Below, one piece after another: positions 53,692 through 62,805 of a DNA stretch of 64,000 bases. Numbering within the stretch: the stretch's first letter is position 1; every line of letters starts with the position of its first letter. The notes beneath the pieces were generated by a model that worked only from the letters and a program-made list of their open reading frames with translations, made no database searches and was not told the DNA's origin. Source of the DNA: Chloroflexota bacterium (GTDB taxonomy: Bacteria > Chloroflexota > Dehalococcoidia > SHYD01 > JACQUQ01); NCBI GenBank assembly GCA_016210175.1, contig JACQUQ010000025.1:142-64141 (forward strand). The letters are read 5' to 3'. The position numbers were made by a program, and so were the translations under genes.

Positions 53692-54561
53692 GTGCCGACG
53701 GTGATCCCGCTGCTGTTGTCCCTTGCGTTCGGCGCGGGAATCTATCTCATCTATGAGGGCCTCACCGACCCGCGCCTTCCGGCCACACAACCGCGACGGC
53801 TGCGCGGGGTGGAAGAGTTCCTCATCCGCGCCGGGCTGTACGACGTGACGCCGCGGGACTTCCTGATCTTCTCGATCGCCACAAGTCTGGTGGTCGGCCT
53901 CTTTGTGCAGCTGTTCCTCGGATGGGGTATCGTCAGCCTGCTCGCCGCGGGACTGGGGCTGGTGGCGCCCTTTACCTACTATATGCGGCGGCACGACCGC
54001 CGGCGGGCCGCGGTCCAGCTCGCGCTGGTCGAGGCCATTGGCCAGCTCCGTGACGCGATTCGTACCGGACTCTCGGTCCAGGAGGCGCTCGTGGGCCTCG
54101 CCCGCAGCGGCCCGGACACCCTCCGTCCAGAGTTCACCCAGCTGGTCCGCGAAATCCGCCTGCTCGGCTTTGAACGTGCGGTTGCCGCGATGCGTTCACG
54201 CCTGGCCGACCCGGTCTTCGACGTCGTGGCCGCGACGCTGCTGCTAAATGACCGGCTCGGAGGACGCAACGTCAGCCAGGTCCTTGACCGCCTGGCCCAG
54301 GCGACACGCGCCGAGCTGCGCGTGCAGCAAGAGCTCCGTGCCTACCAGGCGCGGAACGTGCTCTCGGCCAGGATCGTGGCCGCGGTGCCGCTGGTGGTTC
54401 TGGTGGCGGTGCGCCAGGTCAACCCTGGCTATCTTACCTTGTTCAATGACTGGTCAGGACAGGTTATGCTGGCCGGCTGCCTGATCAGCGTCGCGGTCGG
54501 CTATGCCGGCATGTTGTGGATGACACGCCTTCCTGGCGAACGGCGGGTGCTTCAGCAATGA
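53692..54561 (+). CDS. tadB: TadB (type II secretion F-family membrane protein)
   Basis: 289 aa. GTG start with GAGGAGG upstream. Multi-TM with the characteristic cytoplasmic domain. Confidence 0.8.
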   Translation: MPTVIPLLLSLAFGAGIYLIYEGLTDPRLPATQPRRLRGVEEFLIRAGLYDVTPRDFLIFSIATSLVVGLFVQLFLGWGIVSLLAAGLGLVAPFTYYMRRHDRRRAAVQLALVEAIGQLRDAIRTGLSVQEALVGLARSGPDTLRPEFTQLVREIRLLGFERAVAAMRSRLADPVFDVVAATLLLNDRLGGRNVSQVLDRLAQATRAELRVQQELRAYQARNVLSARIVAAVPLVVLVAVRQVNPGYLTLFNDWSGQVMLAGCLISVAVGYAGMLWMTRLPGERRVLQQ

Positions 54562-55547
54562 ATCCGATCGGGACGGGCATCGATTTCAGCGCCTTCGATC
54601 CGCGCCTGCTGCTGTGGCCGGTGCTGTTCAGTCTGGGCGCCTACCTGCTGGTGACGGCCCCCTGGCAGCCCATCGGCCGGCCCAAGCCGGATCTGGCCGA
54701 GCGCCTTCGACGGCTTGATGTCGACGAACGCATCCGTGCGGAGGTCGGGCGGCAGGACGTGCGGCCGATCTTCGCCTCTCGCCTGCTGGAAGGGATGCTG
54801 CGTCCGGTGCTGGATGATCTCGGCCGGCTGCTGCGTTCGCTGCTGGGACGGTTCGGCCTCGGGGGCGGCGAGGAGCTTGAACGGAAGCTGCGGATCGTCC
54901 GCCCCGGCGTTGAGCCCTCGCAGTTCTTCGGCGAGAAGGTCGCTTCAGGGCTGGTGGGCTTCGGCGTCTTCCCCCTGATGGACGGTCTGGGGATTCACCC
55001 GTTCGGACCCTGGCCGTTCTGGCTGTGGGTTGCCGGGTTCGGGGCGGGGTTTCTGGCGCCGGACTGGGACCTGGACCGGCGCCTCGCGACCCGGCGCATC
55101 ATGGCGGTCATGGAATTGCCCATCATCCTCGACATGCTGACCATCGCCACCTCGGCCGGGCTTGCGCTTGAGCAGGCACTCGGGCTGGTCGCACGGCAAA
55201 GCCAGGGGGCGGTTGCCCAGGAACTCCGACATGCGGTGCGCGAGATGGCGCTTGGGCAGCGCTCCGTGGTCGAGGCGCTGGAAGCGGTGGCGGAGCGGAA
55301 CGAGGTGCCGGAACTCACGAGCTTCGTTGGGCAGCTACGGGCGGCCTATGACCAGGGCATTCCCCTGGTGCAGACGCTCTCCACGCAGGCCGAATCGCTG
55401 CGCGAACAGAAGCGCCTGCGCATCCTGGAAGAGGGCGGAAAGGCATCGGTCCGCATGATTCTGCCGGTGGCGCTGTTCATCTTGCCGGTACTCTTCGTGG
55501 TGCTGCTCGTCCCGGCGGCGGTCGAGTTAATGCACCTTGGCGGCTAA
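54558..55547 (+). CDS. tadC: TadC (type II secretion F-family membrane protein)
   Basis: Start at Met15 of the track ORF, overlapping the tadB stop (ATGA). 329 aa. Confidence 0.8.
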   Translation: MNPIGTGIDFSAFDPRLLLWPVLFSLGAYLLVTAPWQPIGRPKPDLAERLRRLDVDERIRAEVGRQDVRPIFASRLLEGMLRPVLDDLGRLLRSLLGRFGLGGGEELERKLRIVRPGVEPSQFFGEKVASGLVGFGVFPLMDGLGIHPFGPWPFWLWVAGFGAGFLAPDWDLDRRLATRRIMAVMELPIILDMLTIATSAGLALEQALGLVARQSQGAVAQELRHAVREMALGQRSVVEALEAVAERNEVPELTSFVGQLRAAYDQGIPLVQTLSTQAESLREQKRLRILEEGGKASVRMILPVALFILPVLFVVLLVPAAVELMHLGG

Positions 55548-55618
55548 GGGTCTGTATCGGGTGGTGTCCGGCGCTGCGATGCAGTGCCACACCATCCAGG
55601 AAAAGGGAGGTTAGTGGT

Positions 55619-55846
55619 ATGTGGCTACAACTCATGGTGCGCTATCTCAGGCTCCTGTTCTCCCGAGTCGCGCCGACGGCGGTCCGCCGGATCGGCGGCG
55701 CCCAGGAAGGACAGTCCATGGTCGAATATAGCATTGTTGCGGCCCTGATCGCCGTCGTCGCCATGGCCGCCGTCCAGGCGCTCGGCGGTGGTGTCGCGCA
55801 GGTGTTTACGAACATCCTTGCGCGAATCTCAGGCATAGGGGCATGA
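55619..55846 (+). CDS. flp: Flp-family type IVb pilin
   Basis: 75 aa. GGGAGG upstream of the start. Processing-site motif EG/QSMVEYSIVAALIAVV (G/xxxxEY), preceded by an unusually long ~32-aa leader. Confidence 0.8.
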   Translation: MWLQLMVRYLRLLFSRVAPTAVRRIGGAQEGQSMVEYSIVAALIAVVAMAAVQALGGGVAQVFTNILARISGIGA

Positions 55847-56271
55847 CGACACCAGGCCGCGGGCGACGGGCCGCCGTGCTGTCCGGCAGCGAGCGCGGAC
55901 AGGCGATGGTCGAGGCGGCTCTCGCATTCCCGCTCTTGCTGCTCGTCGCCATCGGACTGGTACAGTTCGCGCTGTTTTACCACGCCCAGAATGTCGTCAC
56001 CGGTGCAGTGCAGGACGGGGCACGGGTCGCTGCCGCCGAGGACCGAACTCTCGAGGAGGGCATCGCTCATGCGAACGCCCTACTCCGCGCCGGTCTCGGT
56101 CGTAGCGCGGGTGAGGTCACCGTCGGCGGCATCGACGGCGGCGATGCTATAGCGGTCGAGGCCCGGGGGCGTCTGCGCACGATCATCCCCTGGGTCGCGG
56201 ACGCTACGCTTCCCCTGTGGGCGAGGTCGGTTGCTAGCAAGGAGCGTTTCCGTGCCGGTCCAGGCGGCTAA
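55843..56271 (+). CDS. tadE: TadE-like pseudopilin
   Basis: 142 aa. RGQAMVEAALAFPLLLLVAIGLVQF is the TadE N-terminal signature. ATGA overlap with flp. Confidence 0.75.
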   Translation: MTTPGRGRRAAVLSGSERGQAMVEAALAFPLLLLVAIGLVQFALFYHAQNVVTGAVQDGARVAAAEDRTLEEGIAHANALLRAGLGRSAGEVTVGGIDGGDAIAVEARGRLRTIIPWVADATLPLWARSVASKERFRAGPGG

Positions 56272-56722
56272 CCGCTGGAGTCAGGAGCATCGAGGGCGAA
56301 CAGGGGGACAACGCGGCCAGGCGCTGGTGGAAGTAGCGCTGGTGGTGCCGGTTCTTCTCCTGCTGGCGTTCGGCGTCATCGGCGTCGGGCGCATTGTGCA
56401 GGCACAAATGGGTGTCAGCGCCGTGGCCCGCGAGGCCGCCCGGGCCGCAGCCCTGGCCAACGATCCTGAGGAAGCATCGGTCCGTGGCATCGGACGGGGA
56501 GACGAGGTCGCCTCCGGGTACCGGCTGACGAATGGTTCGCTCCAGCTGAACGTCGATCCTGGTTCCTTCGCACGGGGAACGGCAGTGCGGGCGATGGCGC
56601 GGTATGAGGTGAGGCTGGAGGACCTACCGCTGCTTGGCTGGGTGCGCTTTCCGGTCGCCAGCGACCATGTTGAGCGGACCGACCTCTATCGCAGTCGCTG
56701 GACCGCTGGAGGCAATCCTTGA
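56252..56722 (+). CDS. Second TadE/TadF-like pseudopilin
   Basis: In-frame GTG 56252 with AAGGAG upstream (track ATG at 56231 is the alternative). RGQALVEVALVVPVLLLLAFGVIGV. Confidence 0.7.
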   Translation: MPVQAANRWSQEHRGRTGGQRGQALVEVALVVPVLLLLAFGVIGVGRIVQAQMGVSAVAREAARAAALANDPEEASVRGIGRGDEVASGYRLTNGSLQLNVDPGSFARGTAVRAMARYEVRLEDLPLLGWVRFPVASDHVERTDLYRSRWTAGGNP

Positions 56723-57186
56723 AGCGACCGGGCCGGTTGTTCTCGCTCGGTGCTAGCTCAGCGCGTGGCGCCCAATCGGGGCAGGTCATCGTCTGGGCGG
56801 CGGTCATGTTGCCTCTGTTTCTCTCCGTCATCGGTCTGACCATCGACGGCGGTATCGCATTCAGCGTGCGACGAGAACTCCAGAATGTGGCCGACGCCGC
56901 AGCACGGGCCGGAGCCATGCAGATTGATGAGCGGATCTACCGCGAAAGTGCAGGAGCGACGCTGGTCCTGGACACCGCGGCGGCCCAGCAGGTTGCTGCC
57001 GAATATGTGGCAAGTCAGGGATCGGGGCTCTCGGCCGTTATCGCGGCGGAACCCCAGCGTGTCATCGTACGGGTAAGCCGCGACATGCAAACGAGCTTCC
57101 TCCGACTAGCAGGCGTTACCACGGTGCGTCTGGATGCGACGGCTCCGGCCAATATTCGCTATGGCATTGAGCGGGCCAACCCCTAG
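56719..57186 (+). CDS. TadG-like (Tad_N) pilus-assembly protein
   Basis: 155 aa. TTG start with GGAGG upstream. GQVIVWAAVMLPLFLSVIGLTIDGG...LQNVADAAARAGA. Confidence 0.7.
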   Translation: MKRPGRLFSLGASSARGAQSGQVIVWAAVMLPLFLSVIGLTIDGGIAFSVRRELQNVADAAARAGAMQIDERIYRESAGATLVLDTAAAQQVAAEYVASQGSGLSAVIAAEPQRVIVRVSRDMQTSFLRLAGVTTVRLDATAPANIRYGIERANP

Positions 57187-57199
57187 CGCGAGGAGTGTA

Positions 57200-57862
57200 A
57201 TGAAGGTAAACGACAGAGCCGATGACACGACTTCCGAAGCGGAGACTCAATCGGAGCCTCGCACGCCGTTCTGGGCTGTTGGCCTCGGTTTACTTGCCTT
57301 CGTTGTAATTGCGCTAGTCCTTGCTTTCATATTCGATAGCGAACTACGGCCGAGTGTTGGTATCGAAACCGTTGCGCCGAACGCAGCCTCACAGAACAAT
57401 GTGCAAGCGCCGGGTAGTGGGACGCCGCCCACGTCTCTGCCGAGCGGTGGGTCATCAACCCCTTCTCCTACGGCCGCGCAAGACGAGAGGCAGGTCATTG
57501 AGCATGCCTATCTCGAGTACTGGAATGTCTACAGTGAGGCTCTGTTCACTTTGGAAGCCAGTCGACTTGAACAAGTTATGGCGGGTCAGGAACTTCAGAA
57601 CGCGATGAAGGAAATTGACGAATTACGGTCCCAGAACCGTGCCGCCAAAATCGACGTGCAGCATGACTATACGATTGTGAACATTGGTCCGAATAAGGCT
57701 GGAGTTCAGGACCGATATTTGAACAAGAGCTATCTCGTGGATGCGACAACCAAGCAGCCGCTACAGTCACCCGGCGAGGGCGAGACTGAAGACATAGTTG
57801 GTCAGCTAGAGAAGCTCGACGGCAAGTGGAAGGTCACGAGTATATCTCAGCGGAGACCGTAG
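57200..57862 (+). CDS. Single-pass membrane protein, unknown function
   Basis: Start at Met23 of the track ORF with GAGGAG upstream. TM segment FWAVGLGLLAFVVIALVLAFIF. The stretch is visibly AT-richer. Confidence 0.55.
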   Translation: MKVNDRADDTTSEAETQSEPRTPFWAVGLGLLAFVVIALVLAFIFDSELRPSVGIETVAPNAASQNNVQAPGSGTPPTSLPSGGSSTPSPTAAQDERQVIEHAYLEYWNVYSEALFTLEASRLEQVMAGQELQNAMKEIDELRSQNRAAKIDVQHDYTIVNIGPNKAGVQDRYLNKSYLVDATTKQPLQSPGEGETEDIVGQLEKLDGKWKVTSISQRRP

Positions 57863-57872
57863 GCAACCTATC

Positions 57873-58976
57873 ATGAGAGCAATTTCTCTGGTCGTCCTAA
57901 CGATCACAATTATCCTGGCTGCCATGTTGCCGTCGTCAGCTTTCGCAGACGACCCGCCGAATGGAGTCTATAAGCCGCACAGAAATAGGCCGGTTGTTGA
58001 AACTCATGTCGAAAGTCGGCCGGATGGCGTCTATGTGCAGATTTCCGTCCGACAGTCAGTGCCAGGTAATACGTCCTCTCAGGACCCGGCTCCCAAGGTG
58101 AGGCAGGCAGCCGCCAGCCACGATGAGGCTCCCAGACCTGCAAGTTCGGCTAGTTCTGCACCCCCGGAACAGGGGAGATATTGGACCGATGCCAGTGGTA
58201 TCCATCACGAGACGGCCCAGGGCCAACGAATCAGCCTGAGACCACCACTGATCAGTTCATCTACCCGCGAGGGGTGGGTCAATGAGCTACAGCGGCACCC
58301 CGACGAGGATCCGTACTTGGTGCAGGTGGACGGGCAGTTCAATGGCGTTGTCTGGATCCCGCGCTCACCCAGCGGCAACAATATACGGTTCGGGCCGGCA
58401 CCGCCTGGGTTGGCGCCGGAGACCATACCCACAGGCGATGGTGAAAGTACGGACCCGCGCGAGGTGGCCCTCAATGCGCTTGGTCACCTGCCGCTACCCG
58501 AGATTGAAATTCGAATGAACCCGCAACTGGGGTTGGTGGCGATGGCCGGATGGTTCTGGGTTGAGGGCTATGATGGTGCCCCTCTTCGCATCTCACGGAC
58601 AGTAGATATTGATGCCGAAGTAGGTGCAGATGTACCGGTAGACGCCGTTCCTGCCGACGATCCCCGCCGTGAAGGCACGTCATTCACTGTCGAGGTCCGC
58701 GTCTGGCCCACCAAATATGAGTGGAATTTTGGGGACGGCAAGAGCCTGGTCAGCCAGTCACTCGGCAAGCGCTACCCGGCCGAATCAGATATTCAGCATA
58801 CGTATGAATACTCTTCCCTGGGACACGCTGACGGCTTCCCGGTACGCCTGACCATCGAGTTCGCGGCCGAATTCCGGGTGGACGGCGGTCCTGCCGAAGG
58901 TTTACCGCCCATTCGCCGCACCTACGAAGCTGGCTACCGTGTGCAGGAGATGCAGGCGGTACTCGCAAGCCGGTGA
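57873..58976 (+). CDS. Secreted protein with PKD-like motif
   Basis: 367 aa. Signal peptide MRAISLVVLTITIILAAMLPSSAFA. WNFGDG motif. Confidence 0.6.
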   Translation: MRAISLVVLTITIILAAMLPSSAFADDPPNGVYKPHRNRPVVETHVESRPDGVYVQISVRQSVPGNTSSQDPAPKVRQAAASHDEAPRPASSASSAPPEQGRYWTDASGIHHETAQGQRISLRPPLISSSTREGWVNELQRHPDEDPYLVQVDGQFNGVVWIPRSPSGNNIRFGPAPPGLAPETIPTGDGESTDPREVALNALGHLPLPEIEIRMNPQLGLVAMAGWFWVEGYDGAPLRISRTVDIDAEVGADVPVDAVPADDPRREGTSFTVEVRVWPTKYEWNFGDGKSLVSQSLGKRYPAESDIQHTYEYSSLGHADGFPVRLTIEFAAEFRVDGGPAEGLPPIRRTYEAGYRVQEMQAVLASR

Positions 58977-58998
58977 CGAGAGCCGGAGGAGTAATGGT

Positions 58999-61900
58999 AT
59001 GGATATGACGAGCCGCTATGACGAAGGGCAGCACCAGCACAGCGTTACTGGACTGGTGGCGCTGGTGGCTGGACTGGCCGTCGGCGCCGTGGTCCTCCAT
59101 GCGCTTGCCGGGCCACCGCATCTACCGTCGGAACTCCCCAGCTGGGATCTGGTCGTAATAACGCTGCGCGGATCGTCCGTACCCTACGAGGCGCTTGCCT
59201 ATGTCTTCACCACCGCGGCCTGGGCTGTCTGGCTCTGGATCGTGGTGTCGATGGCGCTACGCGTGGTGGTTGCTAGCGCGGATGCTCTGACGCACGGTGC
59301 AGCGTGGATGGCACCGCTACGAGCGGTCTCTGACCACATTACGCTGCCGGTCATTCGGAAACTGGTCGACGGTGCGCTTGTTGCACTGTTCATGGTACAG
59401 CTGGTGGGGCGGCCTGCTCCGACTGCGGCAGCGGCCCCGCTCATGCCTGCGGTCGCCGTCGCGGCAGCGGCCACTCCCCGGGACAGCATAATCGTGCAGG
59501 AGGAGCCGCCTGCCAGCGAGCAGGATCAGGCACAGCGAGCGGCAGAGTACACCGTCCAGCCGGGTGATACGCTCTGGTCAATCGCTGAACGCTTCTATGG
59601 CACAGGCTACGAGTATCCGCGTGTCGTCGAGGCGAATACCGGCCAGCTGATGCCCGATGGCCGTCGCTTTACTCAGGCGGGAGTCATCTATCCCGGTTGG
59701 GTCCTGGTCATTCCGCTGCCGAGTGATGCGGTTGAGGAAATCGATGGACAGCTAGTCTACGTCGTGGAAGGCGGCGACACTCTCCGCGGCATCGCCGCCC
59801 GTCTGCTCGGTGCGGAGTCCCGCTGGGAGGAGATCTTTGACCTGAATAAGGGGATGGCCAGGCTCAAGGACGGCCGGGTTCTCACTGAACCGGATCTTAT
59901 CTGGCCAGGTCTCCGGCTGACGTTGCCGCTTCCCAACACCAACATCACCCAAGAGCACGTTCCGGAAGCGGGAGACGGCGGTATGACAGCCGTCGAGACA
60001 GGAGACGGGATAGCACCCGAGGGTCTTCCCTCCCCGGCGACACCGCCCATCGCCGTCGCTACACCGCAAGTGATGGGAGATCCAGAGCCGACAATGGCCG
60101 ACGGGACAGACTCGACGCTCCCCTACGGAGCGGCTGGCCTAGCTGCGGCGGCCGCGGTAGGTGGTGCAGTGCTGCTGGCACGCCGCCGCGCACGTCGGAG
60201 TCTCACTGAACCCCCGGTTCCCAGGGAGCCGGCCCGACAGCCGAGCGAGGATTTTGCCGAGGCAGAATTCGCTCGGACATTTACTCACCATCTCCACGGG
60301 GGTGAGATTGAACCGGCTACTCTGCTCGCTGAACACGCCGTGCGCTTCCTCGCCGAACAAGGCGTACCTGACGTATCCGTCCTGACCGCGCGCCACGGAC
60401 GCAACGCAGCAACGCTCACCCTATCCGTGGGACTGTTCGGGCAGCCGCAGGTGCTCAGTGTTGCACCGGACTTCGGAGCTCGTGTTGGAGGGACAGGTTC
60501 GGCCTCACTGACATCGGACCGGGATATTGCGCTGCACGTGTCAGGTCCGAAGCTTGCTGGACTCCTTACAAGGTCCGGCGACCGTGGCACAGATTCCCTC
60601 TGTCTATTGCCGCTCGGCGTCCTGCCCAACCGTGAAACCTTCTATGCCAACTGGCATGCGATTGGCCATGTCCTCATCGCTGGTCTACCTGGTGGCGGCA
60701 CTGACGTCATCTTGACCAGTGTCATCAGCGCTCTCGCCGCTCGGCGTCAACCCGAGGACCTCGCCCTCTGGACGATCGCGAGTCGGCGAACGCTGCCGTC
60801 CGCCCTTGCGAAGTTCCCCCACCAGTGCGGCAGCTTTGTGGATCCTGATGACGAAGCTCAGGTGGAGCTTGTGCTTCAGGAGCTCCGTGCCGAACTCATG
60901 GAGCGGATGCGACGGGCGGAGCAGGCTGAGTCCTGGAAGCCGGGCTCAAGAGAAGCGCCCGAGATTCTGTTGGTCCTTGGAGAATTGAGTACGCTGCCCG
61001 GTGACAGCGCAATCCTGGATCTTATCGGGGAGCATGGACCGGCCCATGGCATCCGTCTGGTTGCGGCGACAACGGAACCGGCGACCCTTGGCGAGGAGGT
61101 GTTGTCTCACTTCTCCAGCCGACTGGTGCTGCAAACCTGCGATGCCGAAGAGAGCATTCATCTGATCGGGCGTCCCGACGCGGCCGACCTCGGGAGCGGT
61201 GAACTCCTGCTGCGCATCGAAGGCCGCGTGGCAGTGCGGGCGCAAGGGTTCCGGGTGGCACCCGACCACCTTGAAGAGCTCGCAGCGCTAATGTGCGAGG
61301 CTTACGGTATTGCGTCGCTGACCGGAACCTCGCCGCAAGCCGGGAGCGATGCCGCGGCATCGGAACCACCGGCTGAGGCCCAAGCCACGGAGGCCCAAGA
61401 TTGGGGTTTCGATGCCTCTCTCTTCACCCTGAATGAAACGGGGCGCGACTCGCCGCAGCCAGAATTTTCCGGGGACGCTCCATCAGACGAAGCCTCAGGA
61501 ACGGTTGTAGCCGTCGAGGACCGCCCAATCGAGGTGCCGGCAACTTCGTCCCCAGAGCCGTCAGCCGGGCCCCAGCAGCTCAACGGACATCAGGCCCGGA
61601 TGACCATCGAGCCCATCGATTCCGAAGGCTCGGACCGTCCCACGGGGTCTGCTGCAACCGTGGTTGCCGGAGCGGCCAATGGACACCGCGCGAAGATAGA
61701 CGTCCCTCAGGACGGCCACACCGCGGTCGAACTCCCTGCTGGCGAGCAGTCTAGTCCAGCCGCAGACTCACTGTTCCAGGTCTACTGTTTTGGCGACTTC
61801 GAGGTACGGCGCGGGGATGTTGTTATCAAACCGTACCTGGCAGGCCGCTCGGTGCACCGGTCGTTTGAGTTGCTCGCATTTCTTGCCATTCAGCCGGAAG

Positions 61901-62625
61901 GAAGTGTCGACCGGGAACGGGTTTTCGCCGCACTTTGGCCAGAGGGTGGTGAGGAGGGGGGCGCCAACAGGCTATCAGTGACGATGTCTCGGTTGCGTGA
62001 GGTGTTCAAGCTCCACGTCCCGGATCTGCCGGAGCGCGCCATTCGCCTCGACCGAAATGGCATGTGTCACATCGACACCAGCCTGATCTGGTCGGACGTG
62101 CATGCCTTCGTCGCGCTGTGCCGGGCAGCGCCAAAGCTCCCGCCTGATCAAGCGCAAAGTGCGCTGCGCCAGGCGTTAGCCCTGTATCGCGGGGACCTGC
62201 TTACCGGACGAGCAACCCGGCTTTATCAATGGGCTGACGAACGTGGCGAAGCCGGGCTGTCACTCCGCGATGCCTATCGAGAGGAGTACAAGCGCGCCAC
62301 ACTGCGCCTGGCGAAAATCTTGTCCTCCGAGGGTCAGGCACTGGAGGCAGTACCACTCCTGAAGGGCCTGCTCAAAGCTGAACCGACCCTGGAAGACGTA
62401 GTACGCGATCTCTTCTGCTGCTATCAACAGCTCGGGGATCTCAGTTCACTCATCCGAGAGGAGCGGCATCTCCGTGAGGCATTGCAGGAAATGTTCTATG
62501 ATCCCAGGGATCCCAAAGCCGACCCCAGCCATTATCCGCCGGAACCCGAAACGGTGGCGTTGTTCGAGGAAATCCGGAGGGATCTAGAAGCCAGAGTTGC
62601 AACAGTTGCTCGGGATGGTGGTTAG
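58999..62625 (+). CDS. Membrane-anchored LysM x2 / degenerate FtsK-SpoIIIE-like / SARP (wHTH + BTAD) protein
   Basis: Start at Met21 of the track ORF with GGAGGA upstream. TM segments. LysM repeats (YTVQPGDTLWSIAERFYG, YVVEGGDTLRGIAARLLG). FtsK-like block with GLPGGGTD in place of GxxGSGKS, plus GIRLVAATTEP. C-terminal FQVYCFGDFEVRRGD...LSVTMSRLR...ALALYRGDLL matches OmpR-type wHTH plus BTAD. Confidence 0.75.
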   Translation: MDMTSRYDEGQHQHSVTGLVALVAGLAVGAVVLHALAGPPHLPSELPSWDLVVITLRGSSVPYEALAYVFTTAAWAVWLWIVVSMALRVVVASADALTHGAAWMAPLRAVSDHITLPVIRKLVDGALVALFMVQLVGRPAPTAAAAPLMPAVAVAAAATPRDSIIVQEEPPASEQDQAQRAAEYTVQPGDTLWSIAERFYGTGYEYPRVVEANTGQLMPDGRRFTQAGVIYPGWVLVIPLPSDAVEEIDGQLVYVVEGGDTLRGIAARLLGAESRWEEIFDLNKGMARLKDGRVLTEPDLIWPGLRLTLPLPNTNITQEHVPEAGDGGMTAVETGDGIAPEGLPSPATPPIAVATPQVMGDPEPTMADGTDSTLPYGAAGLAAAAAVGGAVLLARRRARRSLTEPPVPREPARQPSEDFAEAEFARTFTHHLHGGEIEPATLLAEHAVRFLAEQGVPDVSVLTARHGRNAATLTLSVGLFGQPQVLSVAPDFGARVGGTGSASLTSDRDIALHVSGPKLAGLLTRSGDRGTDSLCLLPLGVLPNRETFYANWHAIGHVLIAGLPGGGTDVILTSVISALAARRQPEDLALWTIASRRTLPSALAKFPHQCGSFVDPDDEAQVELVLQELRAELMERMRRAEQAESWKPGSREAPEILLVLGELSTLPGDSAILDLIGEHGPAHGIRLVAATTEPATLGEEVLSHFSSRLVLQTCDAEESIHLIGRPDAADLGSGELLLRIEGRVAVRAQGFRVAPDHLEELAALMCEAYGIASLTGTSPQAGSDAAASEPPAEAQATEAQDWGFDASLFTLNETGRDSPQPEFSGDAPSDEASGTVVAVEDRPIEVPATSSPEPSAGPQQLNGHQARMTIEPIDSEGSDRPTGSAATVVAGAANGHRAKIDVPQDGHTAVELPAGEQSSPAADSLFQVYCFGDFEVRRGDVVIKPYLAGRSVHRSFELLAFLAIQPEGSVDRERVFAALWPEGGEEGGANRLSVTMSRLREVFKLHVPDLPERAIRLDRNGMCHIDTSLIWSDVHAFVALCRAAPKLPPDQAQSALRQALALYRGDLLTGRATRLYQWADERGEAGLSLRDAYREEYKRATLRLAKILSSEGQALEAVPLLKGLLKAEPTLEDVVRDLFCCYQQLGDLSSLIREERHLREALQEMFYDPRDPKADPSHYPPEPETVALFEEIRRDLEARVATVARDGG

Positions 62626-62805
62626 AAGGGCTCTGGCAAACAGGTCACCTGCCCATTTCGTTCCCCAGGATGTCTGTAGCCCCCTACGTGTCGGAAGGGA
62701 GATCAAGACTGGCCTGGCGGCGTAGTCGATGACGCTGCTCCTTTTCGCCCGATTCAATGCGAGGGACGGCACGGGCGGGAATTGCGCGCAAGCATCTTAT
62801 CCTTA

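Noticed and set aside
53179-53994. 271-aa minus-strand ORF spanning the tadA-tadB spacer, translating as LPYLPYLPSLTGHLPVTYRPLTGHLPG.
   Set aside because: The periodic peptide is simply the translation of the 11-bp DNA repeat. The rest is antisense to tadA and tadB.
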